A DNA stretch of 64,000 nucleotides, from assembly GCA_963664435.2 (NCBI GenBank), contig CAXXKM010000003.1:960001-1024000 (forward strand), written 5' to 3'. How positions within the stretch are numbered: position 1 is the first letter of the stretch; each line of letters begins with the position of its first letter. This stretch comes from Longimicrobiales bacterium. Lineage in GTDB: Bacteria > Gemmatimonadota > Gemmatimonadetes > Longimicrobiales > Gaopeijiaceae. Of the stretch, positions 29,892 to 39,941 are shown piece after piece. The notes under the pieces are model-generated. The model had not been told where the DNA came from, did no database searches, and saw only the letters and a program-made list of their open reading frames with translations. The position numbers and the translations under genes were made by a program.

Positions 29892-32603
29892 ATGATGAGC
29901 ACGAACGGGACCCGACCCACCATCGTCCTCGACGGGGAAAAGGTCGCTTTCACCCCGGGGGAGACCGTCTACGAGGCCGCTACGCGGCACGGCAAGGACA
30001 TCCCGACGCTCTGCTACGACCCCAGGCTGGAGCCCTTCGGCGGCTGCCGCCTGTGCGTGGTGGAGATCGAGGGCGCCCGCACCCCGGTCGCGTCCTGCAC
30101 CGCCCAATGCCAGTCGGGGATGGATGTGCGCACCCGGAGCGCGCGCGTGGAGGTGCATCGGCGCACGCTGATGGAGATGCTGGCCTCGGAGAACCGGGAA
30201 GTGGAGGTGGACGAGCTCACCAGCCTGGCATCGCAGGAGATGACCGAGCTGGTGGACCGCTACGAGGCGCGCACCGGGCGCTTCGAGGGCAGGCAGTCGG
30301 GCGCGAGCCGCCCCGACGATCCCAACCCCTTCATCATGCGGGACTACGACAACTGCATCTCCTGCTACAGGTGCGTGCGCGTGTGCGCGGAGCAGGAGGG
30401 CGACTACGCCATCTCGGTGAAGGGACGCGGCTTCGACACGCAGATCACCGTCGAGTTCGACGGGCATCTCAAGGAGTCGGCCTGCACCTTCTGCGGGCAG
30501 TGCGTCCAGACCTGCCCGACCGGGGCGCTGGGCGACCTGAAGGCGCTGGCCCACCGGGAAGTCGAGGGCGAGACGAAGAAGACCCGCACCGTCTGCCCCT
30601 ACTGCGGGGTCGGGTGTTCGGTGGACCTCCTCACGCGCGGCAACCAGCTCATCGGCGTGCAGCCCGCCATGGACGGCCCGGCCAACCTCGGCGCGCTCTG
30701 CGTGAAGGGCCAGTTCGCCTTCGACTTCATCCAGCACCCCGACCGGCTGGCCCACCCGCTGGTGCGCGGCGAGGACGGCGAGCTGCACGAAGCCGGCTGG
30801 GACGAGGCGCTCGACCGCGCGGCGGAGGGGTTCCTGCGCGTGCGTGAGCGCTACGGGCGCCACGCCGTCTACGGGGTGGCCTCCGGACGGGCCCCGCACG
30901 AAGCCGCCTACACCATGCAGAAGTTCATCCGGGGGGGGTTCGGCACGAACTACATCGACAACTGCAGCCGTGCCTGACACGCTCCCACAGTCGCCGGTCT
31001 GGCGGCAACAATCGGTCGCGGCGCGATGTCGAACCCGCTCGAAGACATGGAAAAGCCCGATGTGATCTTCTGCATCGGAACCAACATGACCGAGTGCCAC
31101 CCCGTGGCCGCGACCCGCCTCAAGCGCGCCATCGCCAACGGGGCGAAGCTCATCACCGCCGACCCGCGGCGCATCGCCCTCGCCGAGCTGGCCGATGTCT
31201 ACCTGCCGCTCCGGGTCGGCTCGGACGTGTCGCTCCTGCTGGCCATGGCCCACGTAATCCACCGCGAGGGCCTGACCGACCAGGGCTTCGTCGAAGGACG
31301 CACCACCGAGGCGGAGGCCTTCCTCAAGCACATCGAGGAGTTCACGCCCGAGTGGGCTGAACCCATCACCGAAGTGCCCGCAGCCGACATCGAGCGTGCC
31401 GCCCTCCTGTACGGGAAAGCGGAGCGCGGAGCCATCTACTACACGCTCGGCATCACCGAGCACATCTGCGGCGTCGACAACGTCCAGAGCCTGTGCAACC
31501 TGGCGCTCATGACCGGCAACATCGGCCGCGAGGGCACCGGGGTGAACCCCATGCGCGGGCAGAACAACATCCAGGGCGCGGGCGACTGCGGCGCCCTGCC
31601 CAACAACTATCCCGGCTTCCAGTCGGTCCTCGATCCGGTCTACCAGGAGAAGTTCGAGAAGGTATACGGGCGCAAGGTGGACCTCGAGCTGGGCCCGACC
31701 AAGCCGCGCGCGCTGGAGGCGTGCGGCGACGGCATCCATGCGATGATCATCAACGGCGAGAACACCGTCGTGTCGGACCCTGAGCGCCACCACTGCGAGG
31801 AGGCCCTGAAGAGCCTCGACCAACTGGTGGTGATCGACATCTTCCTCACCGAGACCGCCGAGTTGGCGGACGTGGTCTTCCCGGCAACCGCCTGGGGCGA
31901 GACCGACGGCGTCCAGACCAACACCGAGCGTCGCGTGCAGCGGCTGCGCAAGGCGGTGGATCCCCCGGGCGAGGCCATGCCCGACTGGTGGATCGTGTCG
32001 CAGATCGCGCGCCGCATGGGCACACCCGGCTTCGACTTCCGGAGCGCGAAGGACGTCTTCAACGAGCTGTGCGAGCTCTCTCCCATCTACGCGGGGCTAG
32101 ATTGGGACCGCATCGACGCGGGAGAGTATCAGTGGCCCGTTCCCCACAGGGACCATCCGGGCACGCCCATCCTGCACCAGGGGGTTTTCGAGAACGGGCG
32201 CGGCATCTTCAAGCTGATCCGCTACCGGGATCCCGCCGAAGTCATCAGCGACGAATTCCCCGTCTGGCTGACAACGGGCCGGCGCCTCCCCAACTACCAC
32301 ACCCGCACCCAGACCGGGCGCGCCGCGGGCATCGACTACCTGGCGCCCGGCGAGCGCCTGGAAATCCACCCGGAGGACGTGGAGGACTGGGGGCTCGAGG
32401 ATGGCGGCTGGGCCAAGATGACCAGCCCGCGGGGCTGCATGATGGTGAAGGTCGAGGCCAACGCCCGTTCGCCGCGCGGGACCGTCTTCACATCCTTCAG
32501 CTTCAACGACGCCCCGGTCAACGTGCTCACGGGCGGGGGCTACGACCCGATCACGGACACGGCCGAGCTGAAGGTATGCCCGGTGAGGGTGGAACGGCCG
32601 TAA
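29892..32603 (+). CDS. fdhA: Formate dehydrogenase alpha subunit, selenocysteine-containing (UGA 30975-30977 = Sec362), 903 aa
   Basis: The two track ORFs are in frame and join as IDNCSRA-U-HAPTVAGL; 2Fe-2S, 2x4Fe-4S, CPYCGVGC..CVKG, RGQNNIQG, molybdopterin dinucleotide-binding C-terminus. Confidence 0.95.
30990..31006 (+). promoter_or_regulatory. SECIS element
   Basis: GUCGCC-GGUCU-GGCGGC beginning 12 nt after the UGA; loop resembles the E. coli fdhF SECIS GGUCU. Confidence 0.8.
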
Positions 32604-32691
32604 CGCCCCGGACGCCGGATCGGCGCACCAGATCCCTGGATCCCCGGTCGCGCCCTGGCCGCCGCCAGTGGGCGTCCAGGCTCAGGCCAGG

Positions 32692-33327
32692 CTAGTCCGA
32701 TCCGAAGATCCGGTCTCCCGCGTCGCCCAGTCCCGGCAGGATGTATCCGTGCTCGTTCAGCCGGCGGTCCAGAGCGGCCGTAAGGACCGGTACGTCGGGA
32801 TGCGCGCGCTCAAGGGCCTGCACGCCCTCCGGGCAGGCCACGAGCACCGCCAGGCGGATGTCGCGGGCGCCGTGTTCCTTGAGCAGGGTTATGGTCGCCG
32901 ACGACGATCCGCCCGTGCCCAGCATCGGGTCGACCACGACGAAGCGGCGCCCTTCGGCGCGCGGGACATTGAAGTAGTACTGGACCGGCTGGAGCGTTTC
33001 TTCGTCGCGGTAGAGCCCCACGTGCCCGATGCGCGCGCCCGGCAGGACGATGGTGAAGCCCTCGAGCATCCCCAGCCCGGCGCGCAGGATCGGCACCAGC
33101 ACCACGTCCTGCTCGCGCACCCGAAGGCCGGTGGTTGTCTCCAGCGGGGTCTCGACCTCCACTTCCTCGGTGGGCAGATCGCGCAGGACCTCATAGGCCA
33201 TGAGGGCGCCGATCTCGCGGATCAGGTCCCGGAAGTCATGGTGTCCCGTGCCGTGGTGGCGCAGGCGGGTGACCTTGTCCGCGAGCAGCGGGTGATCGAG
33301 TACCGTGAGGTTGGGCAGCTCGCTCAT
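32692..33327 (-). CDS. upp: Uracil phosphoribosyltransferase
   Basis: VPILRAGLGM, VDPMLGTGGS, GYILPGLGDAGDRIFG. Confidence 0.97.
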   Translation of the reverse strand: MSELPNLTVLDHPLLADKVTRLRHHGTGHHDFRDLIREIGALMAYEVLRDLPTEEVEVETPLETTTGLRVREQDVVLVPILRAGLGMLEGFTIVLPGARIGHVGLYRDEETLQPVQYYFNVPRAEGRRFVVVDPMLGTGGSSSATITLLKEHGARDIRLAVLVACPEGVQALERAHPDVPVLTAALDRRLNEHGYILPGLGDAGDRIFGSD

Positions 33328-33343
33328 GGCGCCTCCGGGAACG

Positions 33344-33913
33344 CTACTCCCCGGACAGCTCCGGAAAGCGGTAGACGATGACGCCGCTGCCGGGGGCGTT
33401 GTCGACGTCGACGTAGCCCTGGTCGACCATGTCGCGCAGGCACTTCTCGACCTCTTCGAAGGACTTCCCGGAGGCCATCACCCCCTGGGTGACCGTGAGT
33501 TCGCCGCCCTTCTTCTCCGCGGCCTTGAGCAGCACGAGCTTCAGATCCGCGGGTTCGGGCAGGGTCGCGGGCGGCGCGGAACCGGAGGTGGCGCGGGCAG
33601 CCAGCCGCGGGTGCGGGAGGTAGCCCTTGCGCACGTTGGAATCGCGTATCAGCGCCTTCATGCGGAACAGGTCCACCAATTGGCCGACGCCCGCGAGGCC
33701 GAAGGTCAACAGCCAGAGGATGCCCGTTCCCCACTTGCCCATGTAGATGCGATGGGCCCCGCAGACCCCGGCGAGGCACAGGCACCAGAGTCCGTACCCC
33801 AGGACATCCTTGTATACGGATTCGTAGGCCGCCGGCGCGTCCGGGAGGCTGAGGTTGACGTTCACCGAGATGTCTCTCGGGTCTCGGGCGCCATGCGTTG
33901 AGTTCTGTTCCAT
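33344..33913 (-). CDS. TM2/NINE-domain membrane protein with a C-terminal winged-helix-like domain
   Basis: GAHRIYMGKWGTGILWLLTFG...LVDLF; C-terminal GGELTVTQGVMA...GVIVYRFPEL. Confidence 0.85.
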   Translation of the reverse strand: MEQNSTHGARDPRDISVNVNLSLPDAPAAYESVYKDVLGYGLWCLCLAGVCGAHRIYMGKWGTGILWLLTFGLAGVGQLVDLFRMKALIRDSNVRKGYLPHPRLAARATSGSAPPATLPEPADLKLVLLKAAEKKGGELTVTQGVMASGKSFEEVEKCLRDMVDQGYVDVDNAPGSGVIVYRFPELSGE

Positions 33914-34228
33914 CAGCGCTGCTGCGATGTGCGTGTGGGCGTGCAGGAAGGGATCGCGGCCCTGATGAACTGCAACCTCACAGAGAGCGTGCCCCGGCGG
34001 CCATTCAATGTCTCGCGATCACCGGCTCCGGTCCAGCCCCGGTGACCGGGAAGCTCCGCACACGTCCCGGGACGGCACCGGCGCTTCCCTGCTGCCTACG
34101 CACCTGGCGCGGGCAGGTGTCGGGATCGTCCGGGGAAGGTAGTATGAGGTTGCCCTCGAGGTTCCCGGACGACGGTCCGCGGCGCGGATCCCCGGGAAGC
34201 AATCCGCGCAAACCGCCTCTCGCCGCCC

Positions 34229-34615
34229 ATGACCCAACCAGCCCTCTATCAGCTCCTCGATGTGCTGTTGGTCGCCTTCCACACGTCGCTGGTCTGCTTC
34301 AACATGCTCGGGTGGGCGTGGAGAAGGACGCGTCGGCTCCACCTGTTGACCATCGGCGCGACGCTGCTGTTCTGGTTCGGCGCCGGGATGGTGTACGGGT
34401 GGGGATACTGTCCGCTGACGGACTGGCACTGGGACGTGAAGCGGGCGCTGGGAGAGACCTGCCTGCCCGCATCGTGGATCAAGTACCACCTGGACGCGGT
34501 TACGGGCATCGACTGGAATGCGACGCTCGTCGACGCGGTGGTGATGGCCAGCGGGCTGGTTGCGCTCGGACTCTCGGTGGCGCTGAACCTGCGCGACCGG
34601 CGCACGCCCGGATAA
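34229..34615 (+). CDS. DUF2784-like membrane protein
   Basis: HLLT...WGYCPLTDWHW motif; three TM segments. Confidence 0.8.
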   Translation: MTQPALYQLLDVLLVAFHTSLVCFNMLGWAWRRTRRLHLLTIGATLLFWFGAGMVYGWGYCPLTDWHWDVKRALGETCLPASWIKYHLDAVTGIDWNATLVDAVVMASGLVALGLSVALNLRDRRTPG

Positions 34616-34778
34616 CGCGAAGCCGCCCGGCTGCCGGAGCCTCCTCGTGCGGGAAGTGCCGGAGCCTCCCTGTTTTGCTACGATAGTGCATGGAGCGGGA
34701 AGCGCGAACCTGGGCATCCCCTCGCACAGCCCAGGTCGGCATACAGGATTCGGACAGGACCACAGACAGGAAGCAGAC

Positions 34779-36248
34779 ATGAACGCTCGCGCCCTCATCA
34801 TCATCACCGCAGTAATGGTCGCCGGGTTGGTGCACGCACCGGTTCAGGCGCAGGACGGCAAGGACATGGTCGCCGCCTTCATCGACGAGAACGCGGGCTC
34901 CTACGCGAGCATCGCCCAGGAGATCTGGGACCTCGCCGAGCTGGGCTATCTGGAGACGGAGAGCTCGGCCCTGCTGGCAAGCACGCTGGACGCCGCCGGC
35001 TTCGAGGTGGAGATGGGAGTCGCGGGCATTCCCACCGCCTTCGTCGCCAGCTACCGCAACGGCGACGGCCCGGTGGTGGGCATTCTGGCGGAATACGACG
35101 CGCTCCCGGGCATCAACCAGGACCGGCGCCCCGAGCGCACCCTCATCCCCGGCAAGCCCCAGGGACACGCCTGCGGGCACCACCTGTTCGGAACGGGTTC
35201 CGCCGCCGCGGGCATTGCCGTGCGCCAGTGGATGGAGGCGACGGGCCAGACCGGAGAGGTGCGCGTCTACGGGACGCCGGCCGAGGAAGGCGGGGCGGGC
35301 AAGGTGTACATGGTGCGGGAGGGGCTCTTCGACGACGTCGACATCATGCTCCACTGGCATCCCGGGGACAGGAACTCCGCGGGCGCGTCGAGCAGCCTGG
35401 CCAACAAGTCCGCCAAGTTCCGCTTCTCGGGCGTGTCCGCGCACGCCGCCGGGGCTCCCGAGCGCGGTCGGTCGGCGCTGGACGGCGTGGAGGCCATGAA
35501 CCACATGGTCAACCTGCTGCGCGAGCACGTCCCGCAGGAGACGCGCATCCATTACGTGATCACCTACGGAGGGGCCGCGCCCAACGTCGTCCCCGACTTC
35601 GCCGAGGTTTTCTACTACGTGCGCAACCCCGACCCCGCCAACGTGCACGCCATCTTCGAGCGGGTGGTGCAGGCGGCGGAGGGCGCCGCACAGGGGACGG
35701 GCACCGGGATGCAGTACGAGATCATCCACGGGCTCTACAACATCCTCATCAACGTGGCGCTGCAGGAGGCGATGCACGCCAACCTGGAGCGGGTCGGGGG
35801 CGTCCACTACAGCGAGCAGGACCGCCGCTTCGCCGAGGCGCTGGCCAGGCACCTCCCCGACGACGCGCTTCCCATCAAGTCGGCGGCGGAGATCCAGCCC
35901 TTCTTCGTGACCGAGGAGGGCACCGGGGGCTCCACCGACGTGGCCGACGTGAGCTGGGCGGTGCCCACCGGCGGGGTGCGAACCGCCACCTGGGTGCCCG
36001 GCACCTCCGCGCACTCGTGGCACGCCATCGCGGCGGGCGGCACGCCCATCGGAGAGAAGGGCATGGTGGTGGCGGCCAAGGCGGTGGCGATGACCGCGAT
36101 CGACGTGTTCACGCGCCCCGACCTGGTGGAGGCGGCGAAGACGGAACACGCCGGCCGCATCCCGGAGGGCTGGGTCTACGAGCCGCTGCTGGGCGACCGC
36201 GACCCGCCGCTCGACTACCGGCTGCCGCCGGGCGGAACCGACAAATAG
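34779..36248 (+). CDS. M20 amidohydrolase (AbgB-like), with signal peptide
   Basis: AEYDALPG, GHACGHH, PAEEG, WHP, GSTDVADVSW. Confidence 0.92.
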   Translation: MNARALIIITAVMVAGLVHAPVQAQDGKDMVAAFIDENAGSYASIAQEIWDLAELGYLETESSALLASTLDAAGFEVEMGVAGIPTAFVASYRNGDGPVVGILAEYDALPGINQDRRPERTLIPGKPQGHACGHHLFGTGSAAAGIAVRQWMEATGQTGEVRVYGTPAEEGGAGKVYMVREGLFDDVDIMLHWHPGDRNSAGASSSLANKSAKFRFSGVSAHAAGAPERGRSALDGVEAMNHMVNLLREHVPQETRIHYVITYGGAAPNVVPDFAEVFYYVRNPDPANVHAIFERVVQAAEGAAQGTGTGMQYEIIHGLYNILINVALQEAMHANLERVGGVHYSEQDRRFAEALARHLPDDALPIKSAAEIQPFFVTEEGTGGSTDVADVSWAVPTGGVRTATWVPGTSAHSWHAIAAGGTPIGEKGMVVAAKAVAMTAIDVFTRPDLVEAAKTEHAGRIPEGWVYEPLLGDRDPPLDYRLPPGGTDK

Positions 36249-36272
36249 CGCGGGCCGCGCGGACGTCGTCGG

Positions 36273-37418
36273 CTAACCCCCCACCGCGAACTTCTGCACG
36301 CGCCGGCCCGTGGAGGCCTCGCCCACGTAGATGTTGCCCCGTGAGTCCACCGACATGCCGTGCGGCCGTAGGAACTGGCCGACCTGCCGTCCACCGCGGC
36401 CGAACTCGCCCACGACCTCCAGGTCCGAGCGGCGCAGGATCCACACCTTGTGGTTGGTGCCGTCGGCCAGGTAGAGCCACTGCTGCGCGGCGTCCGGCGA
36501 TAGCGCGATGACGAACGCCGACCCGGAGGCGCGCGTCAGCGGGGCGATGGTCTTCTCGGTCACGTAGCTTCCGTCGCGCCGGAACACCTGGATGCGGTTG
36601 CCGCGCCGGTCGGCGACGTAGAGCAGGCCGTCGGCCGAACCGGCCAGGCCGTGCACGGTGGAGAACTGGGGCGGCGGGGGGCTGTCCGGGGTGCGGGCGG
36701 CGTAGTCGTAGGCGGCCTCGTCGTCCGGGGCTTCCCCATAGGCGCCCCAATGCCGCAGATACGCGCCCGTGTCCCCGTCGAAGACGATCACGCGCCGGTT
36801 GCGGTACCCGTCCGCGATGAACACCTCGTTGGTTTCCGGGTCGACCCAGATCCCGGCCGGCCCGCCCAGGAGCGCGGTGTCCGCGCTTCCCCCGTTCACG
36901 TCGTATTCGCCCAGCGTCATGAGGTGCTGCCCGTCGCGCGTGAACTTCATGACCCGATGGTGCCGGTAACTGCCGATCCAGACGTTGCCGTTGTGGTCGA
37001 TGAAGAGCCCGTGCGAGTTGCGCGGGAACTCGGAGACGTCCTGGGTGGCGGGATCGCCCCACCCCTGAACCACGTTGCCCTCCGGGTCGATCTCGAGCAC
37101 GACGGGCGCGGGAACGCAGCACTGGCCGATCGGTGGGTCCTGCACGGCCGCGGTCTCTTCCGGGGTCAGCGTCTCGGGGAGATGCGTGATCCAGACGTGA
37201 TCCCGGTCATCGACGAAGACCGACGTGATCGCGCCGAGGATCCAGTCGTTGGGGAACTCGCGCGGCCAGGAGGGATCGACCTCGAAGGAGGGTGGGCCGT
37301 CTCCGGAGGCGGCCGGACCGGCGGCGGCGGATTCCGCGCCCGGAGCGCCCGACTCGGAACAGGCCAGGGACAGCACCACGAGCGCGATGACGGACGGGCG
37401 CAGGGGAGATCGAGCCAT
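36273..37418 (-). CDS. NHL-repeat beta-propeller lipoprotein
   Basis: Lipobox SLAC; repeats VFIADGYRNRRV, YVADRRGNRIQ, PHGMSVDSRGNIYV. Confidence 0.88.
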   Translation of the reverse strand: MARSPLRPSVIALVVLSLACSESGAPGAESAAAGPAASGDGPPSFEVDPSWPREFPNDWILGAITSVFVDDRDHVWITHLPETLTPEETAAVQDPPIGQCCVPAPVVLEIDPEGNVVQGWGDPATQDVSEFPRNSHGLFIDHNGNVWIGSYRHHRVMKFTRDGQHLMTLGEYDVNGGSADTALLGGPAGIWVDPETNEVFIADGYRNRRVIVFDGDTGAYLRHWGAYGEAPDDEAAYDYAARTPDSPPPPQFSTVHGLAGSADGLLYVADRRGNRIQVFRRDGSYVTEKTIAPLTRASGSAFVIALSPDAAQQWLYLADGTNHKVWILRRSDLEVVGEFGRGGRQVGQFLRPHGMSVDSRGNIYVGEASTGRRVQKFAVGG

Positions 37419-37619
37419 GGTTCCTCCAGTGAGCTGCGGGTCTTGCGTGCGTACGAGCCTGGCCGGCTTCGCGGCACGATGCCGGACTCAGGACAACGTA
37501 CAGGATGAGAGGGTGTCCCGCCCCGTTGGCGCATCTTCGGATCTTCTCCCCTTTCTCCCATCGAACGGCTCGTTTAGGATTGAGCGCGCGTTCTACACCC
37601 CAAACCCCGGAGGAAACCG

Positions 37620-38237
37620 ATGAAGATGCTTCGGCCGCTGTGCTGTCTCGCCCTGGCGCTCGCCTTCGCCACCACCGCTCAGGCTCAGGACAGGCCGCTG
37701 AGCCCCCGCGGAGAGGCCGCCACCCACGTGGGCGGCGCATACAACGCGGAGGGCAGCTTCGAGAATGGTTCGTGGGTCGTCGTCGCCTACGGCCGCCCCA
37801 TCCTGCGCGGCCGGGACCTGTTCGGCTCGGGCGACGAGTACGGCCAGGCGTTCCTGCGGGGCGCGCCGGTGTGGCGCATCGGGGCCGACCAGTCGACCCG
37901 CTTCATGACCGAGACGGACCTGATGTTCGGAGGCGAGCGCCTTCCCGCCGGCGAATACAGCATCTTCGCGGAGCTCAGCGAAGACGAGTGGACCCTCATC
38001 TTCACCACCTGGGGCGTGAAGAATGACTTCCGCGAGGAGAACCCCGACGCGCTGTGGGGGTCCTACGGCTACACGCCGGAGCGCGACGTCCTGCGCACCA
38101 CGATGGACGTGTCGACGATTGCGATGTCCTCCGATCAGCTCACCATCATGTTCACGGATATGACCCAGGAAGGCGGGGTGTTCACGATCTGGTGGGACGA
38201 TCAGGTGGCGACGGTGCCGTTCGCAGTCGCGCGGTAG
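37620..38237 (+). CDS. DUF2911-like secreted protein
   Basis: LSPRG, YGRPILRGR, VWRIGADQST, LPAGEYSIF. Confidence 0.85.
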   Translation: MKMLRPLCCLALALAFATTAQAQDRPLSPRGEAATHVGGAYNAEGSFENGSWVVVAYGRPILRGRDLFGSGDEYGQAFLRGAPVWRIGADQSTRFMTETDLMFGGERLPAGEYSIFAELSEDEWTLIFTTWGVKNDFREENPDALWGSYGYTPERDVLRTTMDVSTIAMSSDQLTIMFTDMTQEGGVFTIWWDDQVATVPFAVAR

Positions 38238-38399
38238 GGATCGCCGGGCGCGCAGCCGCCCGGAATCGAAAAGGAGACTGAGTTACGGGCGTCCTGACGG
38301 CCGTGCCCTTGTTCACAGCTTGCGCCGACTGCCTTCACCGGACCAGCTTTTCGACATCACGTCGGACAGCTTCCGTGCAAACAGGCAGGTGACGCGGCC

Positions 38400-39941
38400 A
38401 TGAACGCTCAGCAGACGCTTGCGCCCGTTGGGGCGCTGTCCTCCCTGCTCCTCGCCGCAGCGTGCTCGCTCGCGCCGGCGCCATCGGTGCCGGAGCCGGT
38501 CGCCGAGCTTCCCGACAGTTTCGAGGGCGGCGAGGAAGCAGGCGCGTATGAGGCCAGGGAGTGGTGGACCACCTACCAGGATCCGGCGCTCAACACCGTC
38601 ATCGACTCGGTGCTGGCCGCCAACTTCGACCTGGCTGAAGCGGTGGCCCGGGTGCAGCAGGCGCGGGCTCAGGCGGGGATCGCGCGCGCCTCCCTGCTGC
38701 CCTCCATCCAGGCCGGCGCAACCGTCAGCGACACGGACAACCCGTCCAACGCGGGCTTCGGCCAGCAGTTCCGCGAAATCGCGGGCGACCGCCTGCCCGG
38801 GTTCGAGTTCCCCGAGCGCCTCGGAATCGAAACCTGGTCGCTGGGCGTCGACTTCGCCTACGAGCTGGACTTCTGGGGACGCGCCCGCAACGACTCGCGG
38901 GCGGCCGGGCAGGAGTACCTGGCGTCGGAGTCGGATTACCACGCGGCGCGCATCGGCGTGCTGTCCGAGACCATCTCGACCTACTTCGAGATCGCCGATC
39001 TGCGCCGGCGCACGGCCCTCGCGCGCGCGACCGTCGATGTTCTGCTGGAACGGGAGGAACTCGCCGAGACCCGCTACGACCGCGGACTGGTGACATCCTT
39101 CGAGCTCTACCAGGTTCGTCAGGAACTGCGGAACACGCAGGCCGCGCTGCCTCAGCTGGAGAGCCAGCTGGTCAACGCCGAGGGGCGACTGGCCGTCCTG
39201 TTGGGCGGCTTCCGCGCGAAGCTCGACGCGATCCTTCCCGATTCGCTGGCGCCGCTGCCATCGGGCGATCCCGTCTCCGCGGGGGTGCCGGCCGACCTCC
39301 TGGTTCAGCGGCCGGACGTGCGCTCGGCGGGCCTGCGGCTCGAGGCCGCCCGCTTCACCATCGGCGCGCGCCGGGCCGAAATGCTTCCTTCCCTCTCGTT
39401 CTCGGGCACCATCGGCGTGCAGTCGGCGGACGCCGACGGGCTCTTCAACGTCGACCAGTGGTTTCGCAACCTGCTCGGCAACCTCACCGCCCCGATCTTC
39501 CAGGGGGGCCGCATCCGCAGCAACATCGCCGTCGCACACGCCCGCTTCGGCCAGGCGGCCGCCGCCTACGGCCGCACCGTGGTGACGGCGGTTCACGAAG
39601 TGGAAGCGGCGCTGGCGGCGCTCGGCAACGAAGGGCGGCGCCACGACTTCCTCACGTCCCAGCGCGAGGAGGCTCTCGCTTCGGTCGAGCTGCAGTCGCG
39701 CCGCTACGCCGCCGGAGTGGGGGGCTACATCGACTACCTCGATGCGTTACGGGCGCTGCTCGGCGTCGAATCGACCCTCGCCGGCGCTCGGCGCGATCTC
39801 GCCCTGGCGCGCCTGGCGGTACACCGCTCGCTGGGAGGCGACTGGACAGTGCCGCCCGAGGAGCTCGAGGGCCCGCGCATGGTGCCCGCCGCCGATTCCG
39901 AAGGACAAGCCGACCCGCCAACCAACCCAGGGGCAGAATAG
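38400..39941 (+). CDS. Efflux outer-membrane factor (TolC/NodT lipoprotein)
   Basis: Lipobox LAAAC, WW..YQDP.L, YELDFWG, LLVQRPDVR, SLGGDW. Confidence 0.93.
   Translation: MNAQQTLAPVGALSSLLLAAACSLAPAPSVPEPVAELPDSFEGGEEAGAYEAREWWTTYQDPALNTVIDSVLAANFDLAEAVARVQQARAQAGIARASLLPSIQAGATVSDTDNPSNAGFGQQFREIAGDRLPGFEFPERLGIETWSLGVDFAYELDFWGRARNDSRAAGQEYLASESDYHAARIGVLSETISTYFEIADLRRRTALARATVDVLLEREELAETRYDRGLVTSFELYQVRQELRNTQAALPQLESQLVNAEGRLAVLLGGFRAKLDAILPDSLAPLPSGDPVSAGVPADLLVQRPDVRSAGLRLEAARFTIGARRAEMLPSLSFSGTIGVQSADADGLFNVDQWFRNLLGNLTAPIFQGGRIRSNIAVAHARFGQAAAAYGRTVVTAVHEVEAALAALGNEGRRHDFLTSQREEALASVELQSRRYAAGVGGYIDYLDALRALLGVESTLAGARRDLALARLAVHRSLGGDWTVPPEELEGPRMVPAADSEGQADPPTNPGAE

Noticed and set aside
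27969..31823. 1284-aa minus-strand ORF
   Set aside because: Shadow of the FDH operon caused by high GC3.
33962..34000. CTGATGA hammerhead-like core
   Set aside because: No stem II followed by GAAA could be found.
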